A stretch of 64,000 nt of DNA. It comes from an uncultured Nitrospiraceae bacterium (GTDB lineage: Bacteria > Nitrospirota > Thermodesulfovibrionia > Thermodesulfovibrionales > SM23-35). The notes under the pieces were generated by a model. That model was given only the letters and a program-made list of their open reading frames with translations, ran no database searches and had not been told where the DNA came from. Positions 43,659-54,272 of the stretch are shown piece by piece. The position numbers and the translations under genes are program-made. Location: NCBI GenBank assembly GCA_963727775.1, contig CAVSHB010000001.1, positions 192,001-256,000 on the forward strand, written 5' to 3'. The stretch's first letter is position 1. Each line of letters opens with the position of its first letter.

Positions 43659-44134
43659 GAATAACGCCGCTTGATATCCAGCAGAAACAATTCCCCATGA
43701 AGTTCAGGGGGTTCGATGTTGAAGAGGTATACGCATTCCTTGAGATAGTCAGGGAAGAAATGGAAGACCTCCTCAGGGACAACGCGAATCTGAAGGAGAA
43801 TATCCAGAGGCTGGAAACCCAGATTAAAGATTACAAGGACATGGAGACCACTCTGAGAGAAACGCTCCTGACCGCCCAGCAGATGGTCGAGGACTATAAG
43901 ACAAACGCCCGTAAGGAGGCAGAACTCGTTGTGAAGGAGGCGGAACTTAAAGCAGACTCCTTACTTAAAGAAGCTCAGGAGAAGGTCATAAAGATCCATG
44001 AGGACATAGTAGATCTTAAGGGGATCAGACGCCATTTTAAAGAAGAGTTGAGGAGGCTTGTTGAAAGCCATCTGAAGATGCTCGAATTCGATAAGGAGAG
44101 AGAGGAAGAAGAGGGAGGCATGAAGCAGGAATGA
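43655..44134 (+). CDS. divIVA: DivIVA domain protein
   Basis: ITPLDIQQKQF...FRGFDVEEVYAFL plus coiled coil. Confidence 0.92.
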   Translation: MRITPLDIQQKQFPMKFRGFDVEEVYAFLEIVREEMEDLLRDNANLKENIQRLETQIKDYKDMETTLRETLLTAQQMVEDYKTNARKEAELVVKEAELKADSLLKEAQEKVIKIHEDIVDLKGIRRHFKEELRRLVESHLKMLEFDKEREEEEGGMKQE

Positions 44135-45399
44135 AGTATAATGCCCTGAAGGGTGTCCATGACATCTTCCCGCCGGAGATTTACATATGGCAGAAAGTGG
44201 AAAAAGTTGCAAGGGATATATTCTCTGTTTACGGCTTTCAGGAAGTGCGTCCGCCCATCATCGAGTCAACGGATATTTTTATAAGGAGTATAGGCGACAC
44301 TACCGATATTGTCGAAAAAGAAATGTACACATTCTCCGATAAAGCGGAGAGGCATATAACCCTCCGCCCGGAAGGCACGGCGCCTGTTGTAAGGTGCTAT
44401 GTGGAGAACCACCTTTATAACCTGCCGCCGCCGCAGAAATTTTTTTACTCGGGGCCGATGTTCAGATACGAAAGACCGCAGGCAGGACGTTTCAGACAGT
44501 TTTTTCAGATAGGCGCAGAGGCCTTCGGCGCGGCAGACCCGAAGATCGATGCGGAGATACTTTCGATGCTAAAGCTTTTTTTCGAGCGGCTCGGGCTGAA
44601 AGGTCTTAATTTCCAGGTGAATTCCATCGGCTGTGAAAAATGCAGGCCCGATTACAAAAAGGCCCTGCTGAATTTCTTTTCGGACCGCCTCGACGGCTTC
44701 TGTCCTGACTGTAAAAGGAGATATGACCAGAACCCGCTCAGGATACTTGATTGCAAAGTTGAGTCATGCGTGAAGCTTAGAGAAGGTTCTCCGTGCGTCA
44801 CGGATTTCCTGTGCGATGAATGCAGAGAGCACTTCAGTTCATTCCAGTCTTTGCTGAACATTCTGAGCATACCGTTTGTGATTAACCCCAATATGGTCAG
44901 GGGTCTCGATTATTACACGAGGACGACCTTTGAGGTCACTTGTGAAGACCTCGGGGCGCAAAATGCAGTAGCTGCCGGCGGACGTTATGATAAGCTTGTC
45001 GAAGACTTCGGAGGTCCGGCTACCCCTGCGATCGGCTTTGCGATCGGGATGGAAAGAATAACGACTCTGCTTAAGGCATCGACCACCGATACCATACCGT
45101 CTCCACAAGTCTTTATTGCAACGATAGGGTCGTTTGCTGGGAGAGAAAGTCTTGCTATTGCCGATAATCTGAGGAAAAACGGGACATGGGTTGAACTCGG
45201 ATACACGGGGAATTCTTTAAAGAGCCAATTAAGAAGGGCGGACAGACTTTCCGCCCAATATGTCCTGATTGTAGGCGACGATGAGATTGCGTCGGGTAAA
45301 TTGAAATGGAAACGACTTTCAGACAGCAGCCAGGGCGAGATACCGATCACGGAAGTATACGATTTCTTTACCCCACCACATCAAGCTCCCTCACCCTGA
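44131..45399 (+). CDS. hisS: Histidyl-tRNA synthetase
   Basis: LRPEGTA, FRYERPQAGRFRQF, VRGLDYY, GGRYD. Confidence 0.97.
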   Translation: MKYNALKGVHDIFPPEIYIWQKVEKVARDIFSVYGFQEVRPPIIESTDIFIRSIGDTTDIVEKEMYTFSDKAERHITLRPEGTAPVVRCYVENHLYNLPPPQKFFYSGPMFRYERPQAGRFRQFFQIGAEAFGAADPKIDAEILSMLKLFFERLGLKGLNFQVNSIGCEKCRPDYKKALLNFFSDRLDGFCPDCKRRYDQNPLRILDCKVESCVKLREGSPCVTDFLCDECREHFSSFQSLLNILSIPFVINPNMVRGLDYYTRTTFEVTCEDLGAQNAVAAGGRYDKLVEDFGGPATPAIGFAIGMERITTLLKASTTDTIPSPQVFIATIGSFAGRESLAIADNLRKNGTWVELGYTGNSLKSQLRRADRLSAQYVLIVGDDEIASGKLKWKRLSDSSQGEIPITEVYDFFTPPHQAPSP

Positions 45400-46792
45400 A
45401 TCCGACGCCCAGTTCTTCGGTTATCTTTCTGCATTTCTCTATATCTACTCCGTCAAGTTTTACAACTGTAACCAGGACGTCGGGTATGTATTTTTTTGAT
45501 TCCTTTATAAAATCTATAATCCCCCGGAATGCATTTTCCAACGCAGGCTTGCAGATTAAGTTATATGTATCCTCATCATGTGCGTTGAGGCTTATGGAGA
45601 TACTGTCGACAATACCTTTGAGATCGGGTAGTATGTTTCTCCGGTGTATCATATTCCCGTGCCCGTTTGTATTTATCCTTACCTTACCGTTGTTCTGCTT
45701 TACCCATGCTGCGACACTTTTAACCAGCCCAAGCCTCAAGAGCGGCTCTCCATAACCACAGAATACGATCTCGGTATATTCTGCCGGGTCTCCTATCGCG
45801 TTCTTCAGGTCTTCTTCCGACGGCTCGTCTGAGTGTCGCAGGTTGTGGCCTTTTACAAAGTCCGACTGGAACCTTATGCAGAATGAGCACGTGTTCGTAC
45901 ATCTGTTGGTAATGTTGAGGTAAAGACTGTCTCTTATACTGTACGTTATTTCGCCTGTACGGGGAATCTGTCCTATCCTGAAAAGCCGCTTTGCATTCAG
46001 TGTCGTAATCCTTGATATGTCTTCAAGTGTGACGCCCCTCAACTCCGCGATCGTCATAGCCGTATGCAAAAGGTAAGAAGGTTCGTTCCTTCTGCCCCTG
46101 AAAGGTTCAGGGGTGAGATAAGGCGCGTCTGTTTCGATAAGCAGATAATCATCAGGTATTGCCCTTGCAATATCTTGCAGATTTTTTGCCTTCTTAAAAG
46201 TGACGGGGCCCGCAATCGATATATACAAACCCATAGCCATCGCCTTTTCGGCCATATCTATGTCGCCGGAAAAACAATGCATGACGCCGCTATTTATTCC
46301 TGATTTATTGATAATATCGAGAGTATCTTCCTTTGCCTCCCTGCTATGGATGAGCACCGGAAGGTTGATCTCACCGGCAAACTGAAGCTGCTTCATAAAT
46401 ACTTCCCGCTGTATTTCACGGGGCGAATGATCATAATGGTAATCAAGGCCGATCTCCCCGATAGCTACGATTTTCGGTTTTAGTTCGGAGTTCGAAGTTC
46501 GGATTCCCGGACTCGTTCTTTTAATTCTATATTCACCGGCCCATGTTTTTATCTGATCAAATATTTCTTCCGTGAAATCCTTGGCATCATGCGGATGGAA
46601 GCCGACCGCTGAATAGATGAAATCGTATTTTCGGGAAAGCTCAAGGCCGCCGATATTGCCTTTCAGGTCGGTGCCTATCGAAATTATTGCCTCGATACCC
46701 GATTCCCTGGCCCTTTTGATAACATCCGCCCTGTCGGGATCAAATGCATCCATCTCAAGATGGCAATGAGTGTCAATCAACTTTGGGATCAT
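45368..46792 (-). CDS. tatD: TatD nuclease fused to TatD-associated radical SAM domain
   Basis: IDTHCH, GEIGLD, ETDAPY; then LNITNRCTNTCSFC and FCGYGEP. Confidence 0.92.
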   Translation of the reverse strand: MIPKLIDTHCHLEMDAFDPDRADVIKRARESGIEAIISIGTDLKGNIGGLELSRKYDFIYSAVGFHPHDAKDFTEEIFDQIKTWAGEYRIKRTSPGIRTSNSELKPKIVAIGEIGLDYHYDHSPREIQREVFMKQLQFAGEINLPVLIHSREAKEDTLDIINKSGINSGVMHCFSGDIDMAEKAMAMGLYISIAGPVTFKKAKNLQDIARAIPDDYLLIETDAPYLTPEPFRGRRNEPSYLLHTAMTIAELRGVTLEDISRITTLNAKRLFRIGQIPRTGEITYSIRDSLYLNITNRCTNTCSFCIRFQSDFVKGHNLRHSDEPSEEDLKNAIGDPAEYTEIVFCGYGEPLLRLGLVKSVAAWVKQNNGKVRINTNGHGNMIHRRNILPDLKGIVDSISISLNAHDEDTYNLICKPALENAFRGIIDFIKESKKYIPDVLVTVVKLDGVDIEKCRKITEELGVGFRVRELDVVG

Positions 46793-46887
46793 AGGTTATT
46801 TCCATAGCTGTATCTAATATTTTTCAAACTTGATGGATTCAATGAAAAATTATAACTTATCTGTCAATTTTCTGTGCTCTTCCTGAA

Positions 46888-46998
46888 TCATTGCATCTCG
46901 CCATTTTGCCCCATGCGGTATTTGATGCCGTAATTAATAATGGAATCAAGTTCCTCGTCTGTGAAGCCGTAATGCTTTGCGAGTACACAGTCGATTTC
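46888..46998 (-). pseudogene. C-terminal relic of a fused (type IIG/Eco57I-like) restriction-modification enzyme
   Basis: Manual translation EIDCVLAKHYGFTDEELDSIINYGIKYRMG. Confidence 0.65.
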
Positions 46999-47091
46999 TG
47001 ATGAAATACAGGCGGGATTAAGCACTCTATCCTCATTGGTAGGCTGCATCATATGCACAGCGAATTCAATAATCTCACGAGGCGTGATTTC

Positions 47092-47454
47092 TCATCTCCG
47101 CCCGGGCCTGCGTTTTGCCTGGTACGGTGGAGAGGATTCGGCAATACGCATTTCCGTCTCTGTATCAATCGGCTCGAAGACTACGCGGACATGGGCGTGC
47201 AGAGCTTCGGCTACGCGGCGGAGCATACTGAGGGAATGGCCTTCATAGCCGGGAGACTCAAGCCGGCTGATTTGTTGCTGGGAAGTCTTCAGAAGCTTCG
47301 CCAGTTCCTTTTGAGAAAGCCCGGCCTTCTGCCGGAGAACGGCGATTTGCAGCGCCACATCCCAGGCCTCTCCGGCGCGCTCAAAGCGTGAGGCAAAGGA
47401 AGGGTCTTTTCGCTGCTCTTCGAGGTAACGGTCAAAATTAGTTTTTTTCTTCAT
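47092..47454 (-). CDS. XRE/HTH antitoxin (HigA-like)
   Basis: LRQKAGLSQKELA....SQQQISRLE; ATGA overlap with the toxin gene. Confidence 0.9.
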   Translation of the reverse strand: MKKKTNFDRYLEEQRKDPSFASRFERAGEAWDVALQIAVLRQKAGLSQKELAKLLKTSQQQISRLESPGYEGHSLSMLRRVAEALHAHVRVVFEPIDTETEMRIAESSPPYQAKRRPGRR

Positions 47455-47807
47455 TCCGCTCTTTTCTTCCAATCGCTCATTCGTTTCCGCGCAACCGCAA
47501 TATCACGGGCAGGGATATCCTGTCCCTTATGGCGTATGCCGTGTACCGCAACGATCCGGCGATCCTTCATAAAAAACCACAAGACGCGGGTGTTGAGCTT
47601 GCCCACATGGCGTAGCTCGAACAGCCCGTTGTCGAGCGCTTTGGCCAATGGTTCGCGGTGATATTGCTTGTTCCGCAGCTTTGCCAGTCCTGCGACAACC
47701 GCTGCAAAATCATCCGGATCACTGACCTTCAACTCGTCAAGAAATTTACGAAGAGGGCACGCCCCCGAAGCCGTTTCATAAAATTCTATTGTAAAATCCA
47801 TGCTCAT
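47451..47807 (-). CDS. RelE/ParE (Gp49/HigB-like) toxin
   Basis: IEFYET..G.CP..FL, GLFELR, RVLWFF, VHG; toxin-first gene order. Confidence 0.88.
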   Translation of the reverse strand: MSMDFTIEFYETASGACPLRKFLDELKVSDPDDFAAVVAGLAKLRNKQYHREPLAKALDNGLFELRHVGKLNTRVLWFFMKDRRIVAVHGIRHKGQDIPARDIAVARKRMSDWKKRAE

Positions 47808-47859
47808 GTCAACATCAATATTGTTGTACCACCCGCATATCCTCCTCAGTAATCCGCCG

Positions 47860-48010
47860 CTTGCCGGTGACACATTCGTGGATAGAGGATTTGATATTGC
47901 TGCAATGCTGTGATTTGATTTTCTATATTTTTGTTAAGTTTCTTAAGTTCTGCTGTTTTGGCGTCAAGATAATCTGTAAGATTATTCTGCTCTATATTAT
48001 CGAAGATACG
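47860..48010 (-). pseudogene. Fragment of type I restriction specificity subunit (HsdS coiled coil)
   Basis: EQNNLTDYLDAKTAELKKL...IENQITALQQY. Confidence 0.55.
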
Positions 48011-48131
48011 CGGTATAGATGCTACAATTCTATCACAGGCAGGGCAATTTTGATAAGGTCTATTCAATGTTATAAAGATACCTGCAAGTAATATAAAATG
48101 AGTTGCAGGCTTAATGAATGTTATAAGAACT

Positions 48132-49340
48132 TTATGCGCCGAATTTCTTGAGGCGCCCTGCATTGGCAAGGGCCAGGGGCATGAGATTTACTGTAGGGAA
48201 AATACCGAGTTCGCCTTTCAGGCACTCCCTTTCGGAAAACGCTTTGCATGTATCACCGAGAACATATGGGGATTTCAGGAGAACAGGCACAGGATGCCAG
48301 CTGTGGCTTTTCATAACGGAGGGAGTTGAATGGTCTCCGGTTATCATGATGACATCGGGATTGAGACTGAGTATTTCCGGGAGGAATGTATCGAATTCCT
48401 CAATCTTTGATACCTTGCCCTGGAAGTTTCCATCCTCACCGTAAGAGTCAATCTTCTTGACATGCATGAAGAAAAAGTCATAGTCATTATAATTCTTTTT
48501 CAGAAAATCGAGCTCTTCTCTTATATCACCTTTTAACGGTGGGGCATCCATACCGATCAATTTGGCAAGACCGCGGTACATGGGATATACCGCTATGCAC
48601 AACGGTTTCAGCCCATAGACGTCATTGAAATGCGGGATATCAGGTACCTGAGAAAAGCCTCTGAGAAGGATAAAGTTGGCCTTTGGTTCATTCTTTATAA
48701 TATCTGTAATACCTGAAATCAGTTTCTCAACAACCTTTGCAACTCTTCCTGCCTCCGGTGTTTCCGGGGTAACCGGAACAGGTGTCTTTCCTTCCTTCTG
48801 GGGATCTGTATCTTTTATGCAGGCTGATCCCTTCGGTAATGGTTCGGGAAATCTAAGCACTGCAGCAAACCGGTGTTCCATGCCCGGGGCGAAGATCACT
48901 TCTGCATCATCAATCTTCTGAATATTCTCCTGAAGCCTCTCGGTTATCTTTCTGTTCTCATCGGTCGGGATTCTTCCTGCTCTTCTGTCCTGGATTATAC
49001 CATCCTTAATCGTGGCATAATTAATACGTATGGCAATGTCCGTCTTGCGTAATTCGATTCCGAGGCCGAGCGCCTCAAGCACTCCTCTGCCTATCTGCCA
49101 TTCAACCGGATCGTAACCGAAAAGCGATAAATGTCCCGGTCCGCTTCCCGGGGTTATCCCTGTTGCAACGGGGATGTGCAGCCCGCACGCGGACCTTGCC
49201 GCTAAAGCATCGAGATTCGGTTTGAGCGCTGTATCGAGCTCTGTCTTTCCGTTTAAGGGCAGGCCTCCGAGGCCGTCAAGAACAACAAGAAATATTTTTG
49301 TATTGTTTTTCTGTATGAGGTCTTTGATGAGTGTCTGCAT
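48132..49340 (-). CDS. apgM: 2,3-BPG-independent phosphoglycerate mutase (ApgM type)
   Basis: VLDGLGG, PGSGPGHLSLFGY, GRGVLEA, TGDHSTP, HSWHPVP. Confidence 0.93.
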   Translation of the reverse strand: MQTLIKDLIQKNNTKIFLVVLDGLGGLPLNGKTELDTALKPNLDALAARSACGLHIPVATGITPGSGPGHLSLFGYDPVEWQIGRGVLEALGLGIELRKTDIAIRINYATIKDGIIQDRRAGRIPTDENRKITERLQENIQKIDDAEVIFAPGMEHRFAAVLRFPEPLPKGSACIKDTDPQKEGKTPVPVTPETPEAGRVAKVVEKLISGITDIIKNEPKANFILLRGFSQVPDIPHFNDVYGLKPLCIAVYPMYRGLAKLIGMDAPPLKGDIREELDFLKKNYNDYDFFFMHVKKIDSYGEDGNFQGKVSKIEEFDTFLPEILSLNPDVIMITGDHSTPSVMKSHSWHPVPVLLKSPYVLGDTCKAFSERECLKGELGIFPTVNLMPLALANAGRLKKFGA

Positions 49341-49354
49341 GGGGAAAAAAATTA

Positions 49355-51517
49355 TTATACCTTGAACCGTGACATCGTGTACTGGAGGACCTGCGCGGAG
49401 TTTGAAAGTTCAGCTGCTGAGGCGGCAAGTTCCTCCATTGCGGCGGTCTGCTCTTCCGATGAAGCCGACGCCTCTTCCGAGGATGAGGCGGTCTCGACAG
49501 CAGACCCTGCAATACTTTCTATCTGCTTTACTATGTTTTTCACCTGTGAAGCAATCCCTGAAAATTGCAGGCTGACCTCCTGTATCAGCACAGCTCCGGA
49601 CTCCATCTCTTTCTTCCCTTCCAGTACGGAGTTTACCGCCTGTTCCGTCTCATTCTGGACCTCTTTTATTATTTGCGATATCTCACGGGCGGAGTTCGCC
49701 GAACTTTCGGCGAGCTTTCTGACCTCGTCGGCGACTACGGCAAACCCATGTCCTGATTCGCCGGCCCTTGCGGCCTCGATCGCGGCATTTAAGGAAAGCA
49801 GGTTTGTTTGAAAAGCTATCTTTGTTATGACCTTTAATATATTCCCGATCTCGGAAGAGCGGGCGGAAAGACCTTTCATCGCTTCAACGGACTTCTCGGT
49901 AGCGACCTGAAGCAGCTTTGTCCTGTCGGCAAGCTTCGTCATCAGCTCACTGCCCTTTTGTGTTGATTCATTTGCCGACAGAGAGGCTGCAGAGGCGTCC
50001 TGAGAATGCTCTGCAATAGCAGATGTGGCTGATGATATCAGAGAAATAGCTGATGAAAGCTCCGACAGCGCGCGCGTTGACTGTTTTGTGACGGACGCCA
50101 TGGAATTTGCCGAATTTGTCAGAAGCTCTGCCTGTTCACGCACTTTTATGGTCAGATCTTTCAGTGAAGAGATCATCATGTTTGTTGCTTTGCCGAGCTG
50201 ATTTAATAAATCATCGCCCGTGTCTTCGCTGGCATTCACGGTCAAGTCACCGGCAGCTACCTGCTGAAGGATCATAAAGTAATCAGTAAGCCCCATGGCG
50301 AGATTCATCGAGGTAGTATGAAGTTCGTCGGAGGTCTCCCGCAGATGCTCGATCATATGGTCAAACCCTATGCCGAGAGAATCTTTTTCAGAGCGGATAG
50401 GCGCCTTGACTTCAAGGTTGCCTTTTTTTACTTCTTCGATACATTCGGAAAGTTTCCTGAATTCGGAAATCATCTCATTGGTGACCTTCCCCAACTGGTT
50501 CATTAGATCGTCGCCGGTGTCTTCAGACGCTTTTACATCAAGATTTCCGAGCGCCAGTTCCGAAACCACAGTAAAAAAATCGCTCATCCCGAGGGCGAGA
50601 TTCATCGAATTAGTATGGAGTTCGTCGACGCTGTGTTTGAGGTTCTCAACCATTCTTGCGATAGCGCCGCCCAGAACGTCTTTTTCCGAGCGGATTTTTA
50701 TAGTAGTATCCAGGTCGCCTGAAGCTATCCTGTCGGCTGTTTTTGAAAGCTCATTTAAAGACACAGCCATCCTGGAAAATACGTCTTCCATTAAGGAAAT
50801 TTCATTGTTGCTTTCCTCCCCGATTTCCACATGTGATATATCTGTGATTTCACCTTCCGCAATTTTACGGGCAGTCTCCGTAACCCGCTTTAACGGTCTT
50901 ACTATGCCCCTGGTCAACAAAACCGCCAAAAAGACAACTAATATTAAAGAAATGCCGATTATGCTTTTTGAAACGGTTTTTTGTTTCCGGACGGATTGTT
51001 CCGAGTCTTCTTTGTATTTATCGTAGACTTCACCTATCCCGTTCAAAAAGGGTTCGTATACTTTCATCAGTTCAGGAAGTTCTACCTGCCGGGCATGCAA
51101 AGAATGCTTTTCAGCGTCTGCAGCGTTGCCTTGCTCTATCGCTTTCACAACAGGGACTCCAGCTTGGTGCAGTCTTTTATGCGGTTCGTCCAGAGCCTTA
51201 AACAACGGCTCCAATTCAGGATAGGGCAACTTATATGAATAATACCACTTCCCGAATGCGCATTTGTGGGGGTCGAGTTCACCTTCAAATTTACCCTTTT
51301 TTCTTGCGGACTCTCTTAAGTGATCAGTCCATTTGTAATGTACCGTCTGCATTTCGCGCAGTTTTTCCTTGAGCTCTATTAAATTGGTTTCTTTCTGCTC
51401 TACATTCTTGAGTATTACAATTCCTCTTTGCCAGAATATGCCGAGAACAAGGACTACTAAAAACAGAAAGCCGAAACTCAACGATATTTTTTTACCTACG
51501 GACAGGTTCTTAATCAT
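49355..51517 (-). CDS. Methyl-accepting chemotaxis protein with CZB sensor and poly-HAMP
   Basis: TM1, then H..W...CAFGKW...H..LH (CZB), TM2, repeated HAMPs, and [17 protein letters not shown]. Confidence 0.92.
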   Translation of the reverse strand: MIKNLSVGKKISLSFGFLFLVVLVLGIFWQRGIVILKNVEQKETNLIELKEKLREMQTVHYKWTDHLRESARKKGKFEGELDPHKCAFGKWYYSYKLPYPELEPLFKALDEPHKRLHQAGVPVVKAIEQGNAADAEKHSLHARQVELPELMKVYEPFLNGIGEVYDKYKEDSEQSVRKQKTVSKSIIGISLILVVFLAVLLTRGIVRPLKRVTETARKIAEGEITDISHVEIGEESNNEISLMEDVFSRMAVSLNELSKTADRIASGDLDTTIKIRSEKDVLGGAIARMVENLKHSVDELHTNSMNLALGMSDFFTVVSELALGNLDVKASEDTGDDLMNQLGKVTNEMISEFRKLSECIEEVKKGNLEVKAPIRSEKDSLGIGFDHMIEHLRETSDELHTTSMNLAMGLTDYFMILQQVAAGDLTVNASEDTGDDLLNQLGKATNMMISSLKDLTIKVREQAELLTNSANSMASVTKQSTRALSELSSAISLISSATSAIAEHSQDASAASLSANESTQKGSELMTKLADRTKLLQVATEKSVEAMKGLSARSSEIGNILKVITKIAFQTNLLSLNAAIEAARAGESGHGFAVVADEVRKLAESSANSAREISQIIKEVQNETEQAVNSVLEGKKEMESGAVLIQEVSLQFSGIASQVKNIVKQIESIAGSAVETASSSEEASASSEEQTAAMEELAASAAELSNSAQVLQYTMSRFKV

Positions 51518-51548
51518 TCATTAATCCTTAATTCGATCACTCTATGTA

Positions 51549-51773
51549 TTAAAACTGAATCTGGCAGCGCTTTTTGCCGCTGCCTTCGTCTTTTACCCAT
51601 AAAAGGGTCTTCTTTGTCCTTTCACACCACTGGCGGACGTCCTTTTCAAACGTAGGGCAGTCAGCGGTTACTTCCAGAAGATCACTCGGCTTGAGTTCTG
51701 CGGACTTTGCCGCTATCTTAAGTATCGGTTGGGGACATCTAAGCCCCAGGCAATCCAGAGTTACTGTTGCCAT
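51549..51773 (-). CDS. TusA/SirA sulfur-carrier protein
   Basis: LDCLGLRCPQPIL motif; GGAGG RBS. Confidence 0.9.
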   Translation of the reverse strand: MATVTLDCLGLRCPQPILKIAAKSAELKPSDLLEVTADCPTFEKDVRQWCERTKKTLLWVKDEGSGKKRCQIQF

Positions 51774-51844
51774 AACTGTTTACCTCCTTTTTGAAATGTT
51801 TATAGAGATTAATCCTGCCTTGCTGACGACGAAATAAATGCTCG

Positions 51845-53305
51845 CTATCTGCCAAGGGTCTGAACGATATCGCCTTTGTGATTACGTATTGTGATAGACA
51901 AAGGCATTGTGCCCGGCAACGTATGTGTTGCGCAGGCAAAACACGGATCATAAGCGCGGAAAGCCATCTCTACCATATTAAGAAGACCGTCCGAAACTTT
52001 GCCGTTTTTTATCAGACCCTTTGCAGCTTTTTCGATAGACATACAAATTGCTGCTGCATTATTGACAGTGGCGACAATCAGATTCGCTTCAGTTATGATA
52101 CCGTTCTTGTCTGTTTTATAATGGTGAATGAGGGTCCCGCGCGGCGCCTCTACAATGCCGATACCCTCTTCGGGTGTTGCAGTCGGAATATTTCTCACAT
52201 GGGGGTCAGTGATCTCCCTGTCCTGGGCAAGTTCCAGCATGCGTTCTGCAGCATAAAGGGCCTCGATCAACCGGGCCCAGTGAAATGCCAGCGTATTGTG
52301 AGCAGGTTTCCCGCCGAGAGTTTCATACATCCTTTCATATTCAGCCTGTGCCAATGGGGTCGCCATGCCGTCGGAAACATTGAGACGGGCCAACGGAGCT
52401 ACGCGGTATATACCGCTGTCGGCGCCTTCAGTAAATCCTTTCCATCCGACCTTTTTCAGATAAGGGAATTTAACATAGCTCCACGGTTCAACATGTTCGG
52501 CAATATGCTCGAGATAATCTTTCGGTGTGAACCTGGTAAATTCTCTGCCTTCGGGAGTAACAACACGCACATCACCGTCGTAGAAATTGACCTTGTTATT
52601 TTTATCGACCATCCCCATATAGTAAGAGACATGCTTATAAACATCCCCGATTATCAAATCAACATATTCTTTATTCTTGAGCACAATATCATCGAAAATC
52701 TTTAACGAGAATTTGGCGAATTCAATTCCTTCCTTCGCGATCTCTTCGATTTTTATCCTTTCATCTTCAGTAAGGGGTTTTGATATGCCGCCGGGTAGGC
52801 CGCAGACGGGATGGATTACCCTGCCGCCGAAAGAAGTAATAATGTCACGGCACTCTTTCCTCATCTTAATTACTTTGCCGGCTATCTCCACTCCTACCTT
52901 GGCAATCACTCCGAGAATATTCCTTTCCGCAGGCGGCGCAGAAGGGCCGACAACGAAATCCGGGCCTCCGAGGAAAAAGAAATGGAGAGTATGGTCTTCG
53001 AGCATAAAGGCGGAATACATCAGCTCGCGCAATTTCTTTGCAGCCGGAGGAGGCTCCACCTTGAACAGATCGTCCAGTGCTTTAGTTGAACAGATGTGAT
53101 GGGTGGTCGGACATACGCCGCAGATTTTCGAGGTGATCCTCGGCATTTCTTCCGCCGGACGGCCGACAGAGAAGACCTCAAACCCTCTCAGTTCAGGTAC
53201 CTGGAAATAAGCTCTTGCCACGTCCCCATTATCATCAAGGAAAATCTCTATCTTACCGTGACCTTCAAGCCTTGTAATCGGGTCTATAGTAATACGTTTA
53301 TTCAT
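51845..53305 (-). CDS. mvhA: [NiFe] hydrogenase large subunit (group 3c, MvhA-like)
   Basis: IDPITRLEGH, ICGVC, EAPRGTL.H, AYDPCFACATH plus C-terminal extension. Confidence 0.92.
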   Translation of the reverse strand: MNKRITIDPITRLEGHGKIEIFLDDNGDVARAYFQVPELRGFEVFSVGRPAEEMPRITSKICGVCPTTHHICSTKALDDLFKVEPPPAAKKLRELMYSAFMLEDHTLHFFFLGGPDFVVGPSAPPAERNILGVIAKVGVEIAGKVIKMRKECRDIITSFGGRVIHPVCGLPGGISKPLTEDERIKIEEIAKEGIEFAKFSLKIFDDIVLKNKEYVDLIIGDVYKHVSYYMGMVDKNNKVNFYDGDVRVVTPEGREFTRFTPKDYLEHIAEHVEPWSYVKFPYLKKVGWKGFTEGADSGIYRVAPLARLNVSDGMATPLAQAEYERMYETLGGKPAHNTLAFHWARLIEALYAAERMLELAQDREITDPHVRNIPTATPEEGIGIVEAPRGTLIHHYKTDKNGIITEANLIVATVNNAAAICMSIEKAAKGLIKNGKVSDGLLNMVEMAFRAYDPCFACATHTLPGTMPLSITIRNHKGDIVQTLGR

Positions 53306-54272
53306 TCTTAACGCCCACTTTCCTTCGCAGCATGGATGCCGGTAATGAATAGAAATAGAAAATACCTGCCGGGTCCGCAATAGAATCCGTAATCTTTTTT
53401 ATCTCTTCTTCATTGTCCGCGTCGATGATAGACGCCAGGGCCGACAAAAACTTCGCCCCCTGATCTTCAACTCTGCTCGTAGGCCCGAAGCAGCCTCTGC
53501 ATGGCATATTAGCATTGATGCACCTTTCTCCGCAACCGTCACGGGTAGCAGGCCCCATACAGATGACGCCCTGGTCCAAAAAGCACTTGACCGGATCCAT
53601 CAGCACTTCGTGTACACGGTTGATTTTTTTGATGACCGCGTTTTCAGGTTTTGTAATTTTTCTTTTGCAGGTATCACACAAAGATTTGTCCGGAGCAAGG
53701 ACAGCCCCTTTTTCGGGGAGATTGCCTGAAAGAATGGCCTCTATCGCCTTCATGATCAGGTCGGGCGGAGGCGCGCACCCGGGAAGATAATAATCAACGT
53801 CTATGACCTGATCCAGTGTATAGACGGTATTATAAAATTTCGGCAGCCTTAATTCTCCTTCATCGACTGTCGTTTTCTCCTGCGGAAATATTTTGTCGGG
53901 ATTACTGACTGAAGGAGATTTCTGATACACATAATCAAAAATTTTACTGCGGTTGTAAAAATTTGCAAGTCCGGGGACCCCTCCCAGATGCGCGCATGCG
54001 CCGTACGCTACAACAAGGCCTGATTTTTTCCTGAGAAGGTTGGCGATATGTTCCTGCTCCCCGGTCCTTATTCCGCCGTTGATGAAACTGACCGCAATTT
54101 CTCCGTCCTTCAGGGCTTCGACATCCTTAATCTTGAAGTCCATTGCAACCGGCCATAATACAAATTCAACCGCATCTGCAACCTTGAGAATATTTTCAGC
54201 CAGGTCTACTATCGACTCTTCACAACCGCCGCATGAAGCGCACCAGTAAAATGCTATCTTCGGTTTAGACAA
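53298..54272 (-). CDS. mvhG: [NiFe] hydrogenase small subunit (MvhG-like)
   Basis: CASCGGCE, GACA..GG, PGCAP, CMGPAT..GC...C...PCRGC; likely TTG start at 54272. Confidence 0.9.
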   Translation of the reverse strand: MSKPKIAFYWCASCGGCEESIVDLAENILKVADAVEFVLWPVAMDFKIKDVEALKDGEIAVSFINGGIRTGEQEHIANLLRKKSGLVVAYGACAHLGGVPGLANFYNRSKIFDYVYQKSPSVSNPDKIFPQEKTTVDEGELRLPKFYNTVYTLDQVIDVDYYLPGCAPPPDLIMKAIEAILSGNLPEKGAVLAPDKSLCDTCKRKITKPENAVIKKINRVHEVLMDPVKCFLDQGVICMGPATRDGCGERCINANMPCRGCFGPTSRVEDQGAKFLSALASIIDADNEEEIKKITDSIADPAGIFYFYSLPASMLRRKVGVKNE

